A stretch of DNA of 64,000 nt, from assembly GCA_049302075.1 (NCBI GenBank), contig JBAQLS010000025.1, forward strand, positions 125,378 through 189,377. The letters run 5' to 3'. A program made the translations under genes and the position numbers. Source of the DNA: Carboxydocellales bacterium (GTDB taxonomy: Bacteria; Bacillota; GCA-003054495; Carboxydocellales; JAJZTU01). Positions 19,166 to 27,672 of the stretch are shown one piece after another (position 1 is the stretch's first letter; each line of letters opens with the position of its first letter). Below the pieces are notes generated by a model. That model was not told the DNA's origin. It saw only the letters and a list, made by a program, of their open reading frames with translations, and did no database searches.

Positions 19166-19769
19166 TATATATAATCTGGCAGCGATTATACCGGCTATGG
19201 TTATAGGTTTAACTCTACATGAGTATGCCCACGCCAAAGTAGCCGATATGTTAGGGGACAGTACTGCTAAAATGCTAGGCAGAGTGACCCTGGATCCCCT
19301 TAAGCATTTAGATCCCTTAGGGACAATATTATTATTTGTCGTAGGTTTTGGTTGGGCTAAACCAGTACCCATTACCCCCTCTAACATTCGAGGCAACCAG
19401 CGACTAGGCGAAATCTGGATTTCTTTAGCTGGTCCGGCTGCTAACTTAGTAATTGCTTTTGGGTCACTACTGATTTATAACTGGTTTGCCTCTGACCTAG
19501 GGACGATAGGACAGACAATCATAAGAAAAATGGTGCAGTTGAACATACTGCTGGCTGCCCTGAATTTACTCCCTATCCCGCCTTTGGACGGCTCTTCCTT
19601 GTTGGTAAACCTATGGAAACGCCCTCCAGGCTGGGTGAGTTTTCTGCAGAACAATGGGATGGTAGTTTTAATATTGTTAATGCTAAGCGGTGGTTTAGGC
19701 ATAATTCTTGGTCCTGTAATGAGTGTATTTTATACCATACTGAGCACCTTGGCCAATATAATCAGTTAG
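19158..19769 (+). CDS. Site-2 protease family (M50) membrane metalloprotease
   Basis: HEYAHA zinc motif and NLLPIPPLDG motif. Confidence 0.8.
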   Translation: MFDIYNLAAIIPAMVIGLTLHEYAHAKVADMLGDSTAKMLGRVTLDPLKHLDPLGTILLFVVGFGWAKPVPITPSNIRGNQRLGEIWISLAGPAANLVIAFGSLLIYNWFASDLGTIGQTIIRKMVQLNILLAALNLLPIPPLDGSSLLVNLWKRPPGWVSFLQNNGMVVLILLMLSGGLGIILGPVMSVFYTILSTLANIIS

Positions 19770-19800
19770 CAGAAATAAGTTATTACAAGGAGTTGACGAG

Positions 19801-20787
19801 ATGAGCAAAGGAACGATATTAAGTGGAATGCGTCCTACTGGCAGGCTGCATATTGGGCATTTAAGCGTACTAGACAACTGGGTAAAATTACAGTCAGAGT
19901 ATAACTGTTTTTTTATGGTGGCGGACTGGCATGCTTTAACCACTAATTTTGAAGATACAACTAATATTAAGCAGCACACCCGGGAAATGGTGATGGACTG
20001 GCTAAGTGCCGGTCTAGACCCGGGAAAAAGCGCTATTTTTGTCCAATCTCATATTCATCAGCATACCGAACTACATTTAATTTTTTCCATGCTAACCCCC
20101 ATCTCCTGGCTGGAGCGCTGTCCTACTTTCAAGGATCAGGTGCAGCAGTTAGGTGAACAAGGCAAAGACATTAATACCTATGGTTTTCTGGGTTATCCCT
20201 TGCTGCAGGCCGCGGACATTTTACTATACAAAGGCAACGCCGTTCCAGTCGGAGAAGACCAGTTACCCCACGTGGAAATGACCAGAGAAGTAGCCAGGCG
20301 CTTTAACTTCATGTACAACACCAGCCTGTTCCCAGAGCCCAAGGCTATTCTGGCCAAGGTATCCATGCTTCCCGGTACAGACGGTCGTAAAATGAGTAAA
20401 TCCTATAACAACGATATCGCCATCGGAGCCCCCAGCTCCGAGATTCAAGCCAAGGTACGCAGCATGATTACCGACCCTGCCCGAGTACGCAAAGATGACC
20501 CTGGCAACCCGGACGTCTGCATAGTCTACACCTACCAAAAAATTTACAACCCTACTGCAACCGAGGAAATTGCCGCCGAATGCCGCAAAGCCGGCATCGG
20601 CTGTGTAGCCTGCAAGAAAAAGCTAGCCGACCAGATGGATCTAGTCCTCACCCCCTACAGGGAGCGTCGTGAAGCACTAACCGCCAACCCCAAACAGGTA
20701 GACGAAATCCTCGCCGCCGGTGACCGCAAAGCAGCCGCCACCGCCGCCAAGACTATCGCAGAAGTACGCAATGTATTAGGTTTTTAA
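19801..20787 (+). CDS. trpS: Tryptophan--tRNA ligase
   Basis: GMRPTGRLHIGH (HIGH) and KMSKS motifs. Confidence 0.95.
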   Translation: MSKGTILSGMRPTGRLHIGHLSVLDNWVKLQSEYNCFFMVADWHALTTNFEDTTNIKQHTREMVMDWLSAGLDPGKSAIFVQSHIHQHTELHLIFSMLTPISWLERCPTFKDQVQQLGEQGKDINTYGFLGYPLLQAADILLYKGNAVPVGEDQLPHVEMTREVARRFNFMYNTSLFPEPKAILAKVSMLPGTDGRKMSKSYNNDIAIGAPSSEIQAKVRSMITDPARVRKDDPGNPDVCIVYTYQKIYNPTATEEIAAECRKAGIGCVACKKKLADQMDLVLTPYRERREALTANPKQVDEILAAGDRKAAATAAKTIAEVRNVLGF

Positions 20788-21070
20788 ACAGGCGACACAC
20801 CCAAGGTATGGCAAGATGTAGATTTTGTCCCAAATCAGTATTAGATTATCTCATGATTTGTCCAGAATGGGACAAGCAATAAAATCGGCGAAGAATTTGG
20901 CAGCAAAGACTGCCCATACACCAGAAACTTAGTCTAGTTACTTTTTCAGCACTTTACCGCATGCAGTTTTATTTAACGCAAGCAGTTAATCTCAAGCTTT
21001 TTACTGCATGCAGTTTATCTCAAACATTTAATATATGCACTTTATCGAAAAGGCTATTAAGCACAACCCA

Positions 21071-21290
21071 GGTCGGATACCTGTCCCGAGTTGGCGGGCT
21101 CCTGGTGGAGTACCGTAGCAGCTTTTAGCGCAGATGGCCAATAAAATTGACCTTTCCGACAGGACGTCGGAAACCTGGACACCTAGGCACGGATGCCGTA
21201 TTGTCCAGGTTGGTCAATTTTATTAGGCTATCCAGCTTAGAGCTGCACGGTATGGAACTAAGAGCCCCCAACCGGGACAGGTATTCGACC
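21071..21290 (+). other. 220-nt near-perfect hairpin (about 75 bp of paired arms plus a branched tip): candidate structured RNA or long-TIR element
   Basis: Arm 21071-21152 pairs with 21208-21290 (hand-folded). The mismatches include several G.T pairs that are wobble-compatible only on the + strand. The tip carries hairpins TTCCGAC-AGGAC-GTCGGAA and CCTGGACA..TGTCCAGG. Confidence 0.45.
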
Positions 21291-21357
21291 GGAGACTAAG
21301 ACATGCATAAAGCATGCACAAAAGCTTGCACAATCGGAAAGGGGAGGAGGAACTAAC

Positions 21358-22107
21358 TTGGCTTACCAAATTAAGCTAGACGAATTTGAAGGCCCCTTTG
21401 ACCTGCTCTTCCACCTGATTGACAAAAATGAAGTGGATATCTATGACATTCCCATTGCCAAGATAACTGACCAGTACCTGGAATATATTGCCCAACTCCA
21501 AATCTTGGACTTGGATGTAGCTAGCGAATTTTTAGTGATGGCGGCCAACCTTTTAGCCATTAAAGCTCGGACATTAATACCCAAGCTCCCCAAGGAAGAA
21601 TTAGAGGATGAACTAAGTCTAGATCCTAGGGATGAGTTGGTTGAACGCTTGTTAGAATATCGGAAGTTCAAACAAGTAGCCGAACTACTTAAGGAGCGGG
21701 AAAAAAACCAGGGCAAGGTTTTTACTAGATTTAACGAAGAAGAAATGTTTAGTTCCCTATTTAGTGTGGATAATCCTTTAGAGGGAATTAGCCTAAATGA
21801 CTTGATTACTGCGTTACAAGAGGTTTTAAATCGAGTTGAAGAAGATGTCCTTCCTCCCGAAATACCCCGAGAGGAATATAGCATTAGAGATAAAATGCGG
21901 GAAATTATTCGCCGATTGGTCTTTTACCCGAATGGAGTAGTTTTTAGCCAGTTGTTTGTTAAGCAGAAAATTAACCGGGTGGAAGTTGTAGTCACCTTTT
22001 TAGCCATCTTAGAGTTGATGAAAGTTAAAAAGGTGGCTATCCATCAATCCCGGGCTTTTGATGAAATTACCGTGTATGCACGCCGGGAGGAAGTGGCCGG
22101 TTCGTAA
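21358..22107 (+). CDS. scpA: Segregation and condensation protein A
   Basis: FEGPFDLLFHLI.. is the ScpA N-terminal signature. GGGGAGGAGG precedes the TTG start. Confidence 0.9.
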   Translation: MAYQIKLDEFEGPFDLLFHLIDKNEVDIYDIPIAKITDQYLEYIAQLQILDLDVASEFLVMAANLLAIKARTLIPKLPKEELEDELSLDPRDELVERLLEYRKFKQVAELLKEREKNQGKVFTRFNEEEMFSSLFSVDNPLEGISLNDLITALQEVLNRVEEDVLPPEIPREEYSIRDKMREIIRRLVFYPNGVVFSQLFVKQKINRVEVVVTFLAILELMKVKKVAIHQSRAFDEITVYARREEVAGS

Positions 22108-22172
22108 CCTGATACCTTTGAGAACGGGGGGGGATAACCATAGCTGTACTATTTCATGCTGAAACCAAGGCA

Positions 22173-22718
22173 GTGCTGGAATGTTTGCTTTTCGTAGCCA
22201 GTGAGCCTGTTTCTCTGGCCCGTCTGGCGGAAATTGCCGAAATCGATACTCGGGATGCTGCCGAACTGCTAAAGGAGCTACAGGAGGATTACCGCCTGGG
22301 CAAACGAGGGATTCAGATTACCGAAATTGCAAACGGATACCAGATGAACACTAAACCGGAAATGGCCTCCTATATAGAAAGGCTCTATCGGCCTCAGGCT
22401 AATTACGGACTGTCCAAAGCCGCTCTGGAAACTCTAGCCATCGTGGCTTATAAGCAGCCCATCACCAGGGGAGAAATGGAATTGATTCGGGGGGTTAAAG
22501 TGGACCGAGCAATTAACACCTTAGGTGAAAAAGACTTGGTCCAAGAGGTTGGGCGGAAGGAAGGGGCAGGACGTCCCGTCTTATTTGGTACAACAGATAA
22601 ATTCTTGCAGCACTTCGGGTTGAAAACTCTGGAGGAATTGCCCAGCCTGGAGGAGTTTATTGTCCAACATAGTGAGGATGAGCTGGAAGCAGCCGAAACT
22701 GTTCTGGATGAAGATTAA
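22173..22718 (+). CDS. scpB: Segregation and condensation protein B
   Basis: LLFVASEPVSL.., ..GYQM.TK.. and ..LSKAALETLAIVAYKQPITR motifs. Confidence 0.9.
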   Translation: MLECLLFVASEPVSLARLAEIAEIDTRDAAELLKELQEDYRLGKRGIQITEIANGYQMNTKPEMASYIERLYRPQANYGLSKAALETLAIVAYKQPITRGEMELIRGVKVDRAINTLGEKDLVQEVGRKEGAGRPVLFGTTDKFLQHFGLKTLEELPSLEEFIVQHSEDELEAAETVLDED

Positions 22719-22833
22719 ACTGGGCAGGGGAAATGGCATGCAGGAAATTATTACGAGTAGGAATAGCCTTAGCTACAGATGCACACACTAAGCTGCTGGA
22801 AAAAACAGGGGAGTCCCAAGGGGGGACAGCTTT

Positions 22834-23478
22834 TTGTGGTGGTTACTGGTTTTGGCGATATTGCTTATTTTGTGCGGTCTATTACTGATGATGCCGGTCA
22901 GGGTGAATTTCTTGTACCAACGCCACGACAGCGATGATTTATGCCAAATAAAAATCTCCTCTTTTGGAGGGTTAATTAAAGTAAACATCGCCATACCTAT
23001 TGTGGAGCAAAGGTTTAAGTGGCTATGGCCTTTTTTTCGTTTTGTTTTGCGTAGTCGAGCCTGGGGGGTTCAACTAAAGGAAGTAACCTACCTGAAACCA
23101 CCGGAATGGTCCTGGGACGGTATCCGGCTATGGCTGAATAAAATGCACAGCGTTTTGTCCGCAGTAAAACCCAGTATGAGCTATGTTCTATCTAAAGGGA
23201 AAATCCAACAAATTTCTTTACAGACCAAGCTGGGGACGGAAGATGCCGCCGCTACTGGCATACTGGCCGGTTTGGTTTGGGGACTAAATAGCACCTTTTT
23301 TGCCTGGTTAACTCACCGAGTGCGGAAAGTTGAAGCTAGCCCCACCATATCTGTAGTTCCCGTTTTTAACGCCCCAACCTTTGCTTTTGACATACATTGC
23401 ATATTTGAGGTGGGGGCGGGTCATATTATTATTGCTGGTGTTACTGCCATCAGGAATATGTGGCGGCAAAGGGGGTGA
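22834..23478 (+). CDS. YtfI-like (DUF2953-type) sporulation-associated membrane protein
   Basis: It has an N-terminal TM helix and sits immediately upstream of ytfJ, overlapping it, as in Bacillus. The family assignment is from memory only. Confidence 0.5.
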   Translation: MWWLLVLAILLILCGLLLMMPVRVNFLYQRHDSDDLCQIKISSFGGLIKVNIAIPIVEQRFKWLWPFFRFVLRSRAWGVQLKEVTYLKPPEWSWDGIRLWLNKMHSVLSAVKPSMSYVLSKGKIQQISLQTKLGTEDAAATGILAGLVWGLNSTFFAWLTHRVRKVEASPTISVVPVFNAPTFAFDIHCIFEVGAGHIIIAGVTAIRNMWRQRG

Positions 23479-23900
23479 AGTACATGAGTGACCATCCCAT
23501 AGAAGCGCTCATGAAGACAGCCATGGAAAGTATCAAGGAAATGGTGGATGTTAATACAATTGTCGGAGATGCAGTGGAAACCCCGGATGGTACTGTGATT
23601 ATACCCATAACCCGGGTTTCCTGTGGCTTTGCCGCCGGTGGCGGTGAGTTTGGAGCTGTAGGAAAGGATAATAATCAGAACAATGGTAAGACCCATCCCT
23701 TTGGAGGGGGTAGTGGAGCAGGGGTTTCTGTTCAGCCGGTGGGTTTTTTGGTGGTGTGCAACAACCAGGTCAGATTAATTCCGGTAGACGGAAATGCCGT
23801 GATCGACCGGATAATTGATGTGGCCCCTCAGTTTATTTCCCAAGTCCAAGATATGTTTAGCTCCAAGCCTAATAAAAGCGAATACCAAGCAGGCTGTTGA
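23460..23900 (+). CDS. ytfJ: GerW/YtfJ-family sporulation protein (likely start ATG 23484)
   Basis: HPIEALMKTAMESIKEMVDVNTIVGD..TPDGTVIIP..V..GFAAGGGEF is typical of YtfJ. The last codons (A-G-C) and the stop come from the repeat element. Confidence 0.85.
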   Translation: MAAKGVKYMSDHPIEALMKTAMESIKEMVDVNTIVGDAVETPDGTVIIPITRVSCGFAAGGGEFGAVGKDNNQNNGKTHPFGGGSGAGVSVQPVGFLVVCNNQVRLIPVDGNAVIDRIIDVAPQFISQVQDMFSSKPNKSEYQAGC

Positions 23901-24013
23901 AATTCCCCGCCTAGCGTTGTCACCAGAATTGCCAAGGTCCTCGATGTACGATCAGTACACCTGCGGCCTTGGCGATTCTGCTTCCTAGCCAGACGGGTTT
24001 TTCAACAGCCTGC
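23889..24013 (+). repeat. Full-length copy of the ~120-nt intergenic repeat (archetype)
   Basis: TIRs are GCAGGCTGTTGAAA / TTTCAACAGCCTGC. The internal stem is CAGAATTGCCAAGG / CCTTGGCGATTCTG and the apical hairpin is TGTAC-GATCA-GTACA. Confidence 0.9.
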
Positions 24014-24136
24014 CTGGGGTCTGAAATTCCCCGCCTAGCGTTGTCACCAGATGTTTCAAGGTACTCGATGTACAATAAGTACACCTGCGGCCTTGAAACA
24101 TCTGGCTTCGCGCTATACGGGTTTTTTAACAGCTTG
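24014..24136 (+). repeat. Second, tandem full-length copy with a different but self-complementary internal stem
   Basis: It has the same flanks and loop as 23889-24013, but the stem is CCAGATGTTTCAAGG / CCTTGAAACATCTGG, a perfect 15 bp. Confidence 0.9.
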
Positions 24137-24334
24137 CTATCTTGCATGTAAAATTCCCATCTAATTTTTCGCAAGATCTGCCGCCGGAAATTTATATAAG
24201 CAAACGTAAATATCTAAAACAAAGTAATTTGTTTTTCTAAAGCAGGAAAAACTCTATAGATGCTGAATTAAATACAAGCTATTTTTATACTTTTTATACT
24301 TTTTATACTTTGCACCCAAGACAGGAGGTCTTCT

Positions 24335-25576
24335 ATGTTTTTCCATACGACAGCAGGCTCTACAAGGGTTTTGGCATTAGCCCTGTCGCTACTGTTTATA
24401 TTTCAACCCTTTGGCTCAGCTCAAACCAACCCCAAAGCTAATAATAACCCCCAAGCTAATAACAACCCCAAATCCAGCACAAACTCCCAAACTAATAACC
24501 CCCAAGGTATAGTTGTCCTTCCTCCTCCACCCATCGTTGAAGCTGGTTCCGCGGTTTTAATGGAGGCGGCCTCAGGGCAGGTATTATTCAGCAAAAATCC
24601 CCACGAGCAAAAGCCTCAGGCCAGCACTACCAAGATTACTACCGCTATTGTCGCTCTGGAAAAGGGGAAACTAACTGATATAGTAAAAATAAGCAAGCAG
24701 GCTGCGGAAACCCTGGAAGCTGCTATTTGGTTAGCAGAGGGTGAAGAACTTACCCTAGAGCAACTAATGTATGCCTTGCTGTTGTTTTCCGCTAATGATG
24801 CCGCCTCAGCCATAGCTGAACATATTGAGGGTAGTGAAGAACAATTTGTGGCAATGATGAATGCTAAAGCCCAAGAAATTGGGGCTAAAGACAGTCATTA
24901 CGTCAATCCCCATGGTCTAGATCGACCCGAACATTATTCTTCAGCCTACGACTTAGCTATTTTAGCCAGGTATGGCTTAACCAAAGTGCCAGGCTTTGCC
25001 CAACTAGTGCGCACCCGGGAAAAGTCCATTCCTTGGGATGGTCACCCCTACCTGCGGGTGCTACGCAACCGGAATAAACTTTTGAAATCCTACCCCGGGG
25101 CTGACGGGGTGAAAACCGGCTTTACTAATAAAGCCGGGCGCTGCCTAGTTGCTTCTGCTACCCGTGGGAATATGCAATTAATTGCTGTGGTAATGGACTC
25201 TCCGAATATGTTTCGGGAAACAGCCGCTATGCTGGATTGGGGTTTTGCCAACTATACTAAGCAAGAATTGGTTATAAGGGATCGTACTATCCGACCGGTT
25301 CGGGTGATTAACGGCCTATCTGGATGGGTTAATGCCAAAGCCTCCCGAGAGGTTATCCTGGCCTTAACCCCAGAAGCTGCGGCTAAATTAAAAATGGAAA
25401 CCATCCTAGCGGAAAGTCTAGAGGCACCGGTAGTAAAGGATCAGAAGCTGGGGGTGATTTTAATCTCGCCACCAGGTCAACCTCAAATAACTGTTGCTTT
25501 GCTCAGTGCCAGCTCTATTGCTCGCAAAAGCAGGTGGCAATTATTTTGGGAATACCTCAAGAACTGGTTTAGCTAA
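24335..25576 (+). CDS. dacB: D-alanyl-D-alanine carboxypeptidase (S11), sporulation-type DacB, with an Asn/Pro-rich N-terminal linker
   Basis: ASTTKITTA (SxxK), SANDAA (SxN) and KTGFT (KTG) motifs. spmA and spmB follow, as in Bacillus. Confidence 0.85.
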   Translation: MFFHTTAGSTRVLALALSLLFIFQPFGSAQTNPKANNNPQANNNPKSSTNSQTNNPQGIVVLPPPPIVEAGSAVLMEAASGQVLFSKNPHEQKPQASTTKITTAIVALEKGKLTDIVKISKQAAETLEAAIWLAEGEELTLEQLMYALLLFSANDAASAIAEHIEGSEEQFVAMMNAKAQEIGAKDSHYVNPHGLDRPEHYSSAYDLAILARYGLTKVPGFAQLVRTREKSIPWDGHPYLRVLRNRNKLLKSYPGADGVKTGFTNKAGRCLVASATRGNMQLIAVVMDSPNMFRETAAMLDWGFANYTKQELVIRDRTIRPVRVINGLSGWVNAKASREVILALTPEAAAKLKMETILAESLEAPVVKDQKLGVILISPPGQPQITVALLSASSIARKSRWQLFWEYLKNWFS

Positions 25577-25723
25577 CCTATAGCCAACCTATAGCCACGT
25601 TACTTCCAGGTTGCGTGCTTTCCTTTCCCCGGGTCTACTCTCTACCTTTGGCTCATATACTTGAAATTGAAGTTAACATTTGTCCAACTTAAGCTTCAAG
25701 CATTGAGAAGGTAGGTAATCGCC

Positions 25724-26323
25724 GTGGTAAATACAATTTGGCTGGGCCTGATGGTCATTGGCATAGTAGTTGCCGCTTTGACGGGACGAATTGATGCTGT
25801 GACTATGGCTGCTTTTGACGGGGCCCAGTTAGCCGTGGAAGTGGCTCTGGGCTTAATCGGGGTAATGACTCTTTGGCTGGGGATTATGAAGCTAGCAGAG
25901 CAGGCTGGTCTTGTCCAGGCTTTAGCCAGACTACTCCGACCTCTGACTGGTTGGTTATTTCCTAGCATTCCTAGCAATCATCCTGTCCTGGGCACCATAA
26001 TCCTGAATATTAGTGCTAATATTCTAGGTTTAAGTAATGCCGCTACACCCATGGGTTTAGCAGCTATGCAAGAGCTGCAGAAGCTTAATCGAGGGTCTAA
26101 AGCAGAAGCCAGTGAGGCAATGTGTACCTTTTTGGCTTTAAATACCGCCTGCATAACCCTGGTACCCACCACTATAATTGGCATCAGAATAAATGCCGGT
26201 TCTGCCAACCCTACAGAAATTGTAGGTACTACCCTGTTTGCCACTACAGTAGGGATGACCATAGCTTTAGTTGTTGACCGAATTTTCCGGGTGTTATACC
26301 GTCGGAAAAACCCTTGGAGGTGA
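25724..26323 (+). CDS. spmA: Spore maturation protein A
   Basis: Nucleoside-recognition-type membrane protein in the conserved dacB-spmA-spmB order. Confidence 0.85.
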   Translation: MVNTIWLGLMVIGIVVAALTGRIDAVTMAAFDGAQLAVEVALGLIGVMTLWLGIMKLAEQAGLVQALARLLRPLTGWLFPSIPSNHPVLGTIILNISANILGLSNAATPMGLAAMQELQKLNRGSKAEASEAMCTFLALNTACITLVPTTIIGIRINAGSANPTEIVGTTLFATTVGMTIALVVDRIFRVLYRRKNPWR

Positions 26324-26329
26324 CACCTA

Positions 26330-26863
26330 ATGCTGGCAGAACCAATTAAAGAAATTTCCCGCTGGGTTGTACCGCTAATGCTCCTAGTAATTCCCTTAGT
26401 GGCTTTTCTGCGTAGGGTGCCTGTATACGAAGCCTTTGTAGAGGGAGCACAACAGGGTTTTACTACCGCGATAAAAATCATCCCGTTTTTGGTGGCTATG
26501 CTGGTAGCCATTAGTATTTTTAGGGCTTCGGGAGCTATGGAGGTTTTAGCTGCGCTGATGGCTCCCCTCGTTAAACCACTAGGAATTACCCCGGAGGTTT
26601 TGCCTCTGGCAATTATGCGGCCATTATCCGGCAGTGGAGCTTTAGGCCTAGCCACCGAATTGATTAAAGTTCATGGCCCGGACAGCTTAATTGGCCGCCT
26701 AGCTTCCACCATGCAGGGCAGTGCGGATACCACCTTTTATGTGCTGACTGTCTATTTTGGGGCGGTAGGTATTAAACAATATCGGTATGCCCCTGCTGTA
26801 GGGCTAATTGCCGACATCAGCGCATTTTTAGCTTCGGTGTGGATAGTAGGACGGGTTTTTTAG
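26330..26863 (+). CDS. spmB: Spore maturation protein B
   Basis: Membrane protein following spmA, in SpmB-like context and of SpmB-like length. Confidence 0.85.
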   Translation: MLAEPIKEISRWVVPLMLLVIPLVAFLRRVPVYEAFVEGAQQGFTTAIKIIPFLVAMLVAISIFRASGAMEVLAALMAPLVKPLGITPEVLPLAIMRPLSGSGALGLATELIKVHGPDSLIGRLASTMQGSADTTFYVLTVYFGAVGIKQYRYAPAVGLIADISAFLASVWIVGRVF

Positions 26864-26912
26864 CAGCACTTACTTTGGACATAATAGCTACATAGGATGG
26901 GAGGCAGTTAAA

Positions 26913-27638
26913 ATGGAGCGTTTGCAAAAATATTTGGCCCATGCCGGAGTGGCTTCGAGGAGGTATTGTGAAGAATTAATTCTCCAAGGCAAGGTTGCCG
27001 TTAACGGACAAGTAGTGCTGGAGTTAGGGACTAAAGTTAATCCCCTGGAGGATACCGTTACCGTTGACGGTAAACCAGTCAGCCCAAACCAGCAAAGCAT
27101 CTACATCCTGCTCTATAAACCAGGTGGCTATGTCTCCACCGTTAAGGATCCAGAGGGTCGAAAAACTGTAATCGACTTATTAAGTGGTCAAAAGCAACGG
27201 GTGTACCCGGTAGGCAGGCTGGACTATGATACTGAAGGGTTAATCCTGTTAACCAATGATGGGGAGTTAACTCATGCCTTAACCCACCCTAGCCGCCAAG
27301 TAGACAAGACTTACTTAGCCGTAGTCCAGGGTATTCCCTCTGCTAATGAATTAGAACAACTACGCCGGGGTATTCTGTTAACAGACGGGATAACCGCTCC
27401 TGCTCAAGTGAGTTTAATTAAATCGGCAGGCCTTAAAACCTGGTTAGAAATAACCATCCACGAAGGTCGTAACCGCCAAGTACGCAGGATGTTTGAACAA
27501 ATTGGCTATCCCGTATTATTTCTAAAGCGCATCCGGCTAGGCTTTTTAACATTGCAGGGATTAACCGTCGGAAAATATCGTTTACTGCGCCCCCAGGAAG
27601 TTGCCGAGCTCCGGAGCTTGGCGGGAATCAAAGTTTAA
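26913..27638 (+). CDS. rluB: RluB/RsuA-family pseudouridine synthase
   Basis: N-terminal S4 domain (RLQKYLAHAGVASRR) and the GRLDYDTEGLILLTNDG catalytic motif. Confidence 0.9.
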   Translation: MERLQKYLAHAGVASRRYCEELILQGKVAVNGQVVLELGTKVNPLEDTVTVDGKPVSPNQQSIYILLYKPGGYVSTVKDPEGRKTVIDLLSGQKQRVYPVGRLDYDTEGLILLTNDGELTHALTHPSRQVDKTYLAVVQGIPSANELEQLRRGILLTDGITAPAQVSLIKSAGLKTWLEITIHEGRNRQVRRMFEQIGYPVLFLKRIRLGFLTLQGLTVGKYRLLRPQEVAELRSLAGIKV

Positions 27639-27672
27639 CCCGAGCAAGTCGGTGAGGTTGCACAACGGGTAG

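Noticed and set aside
19770-19800. A T-box leader upstream of trpS
   Set aside because: Only 31 nt separate trpS from the upstream M50 protease gene, which leaves no room for a T-box.
21071-21290. Identity of the long hairpin as 6S RNA or SRP RNA
   Set aside because: The arms are almost fully paired, with no large central bubble as in 6S RNA. The SRP domain IV motif (GGAAGCAGC-like symmetric loop) is absent. It is left as an unclassified structure.
25978-26655. A 225-aa minus-strand ORF
   Set aside because: It is antisense to the well-supported spmA and spmB genes. It is Arg/Ala/Ile-rich with no RBS, a typical shadow ORF.
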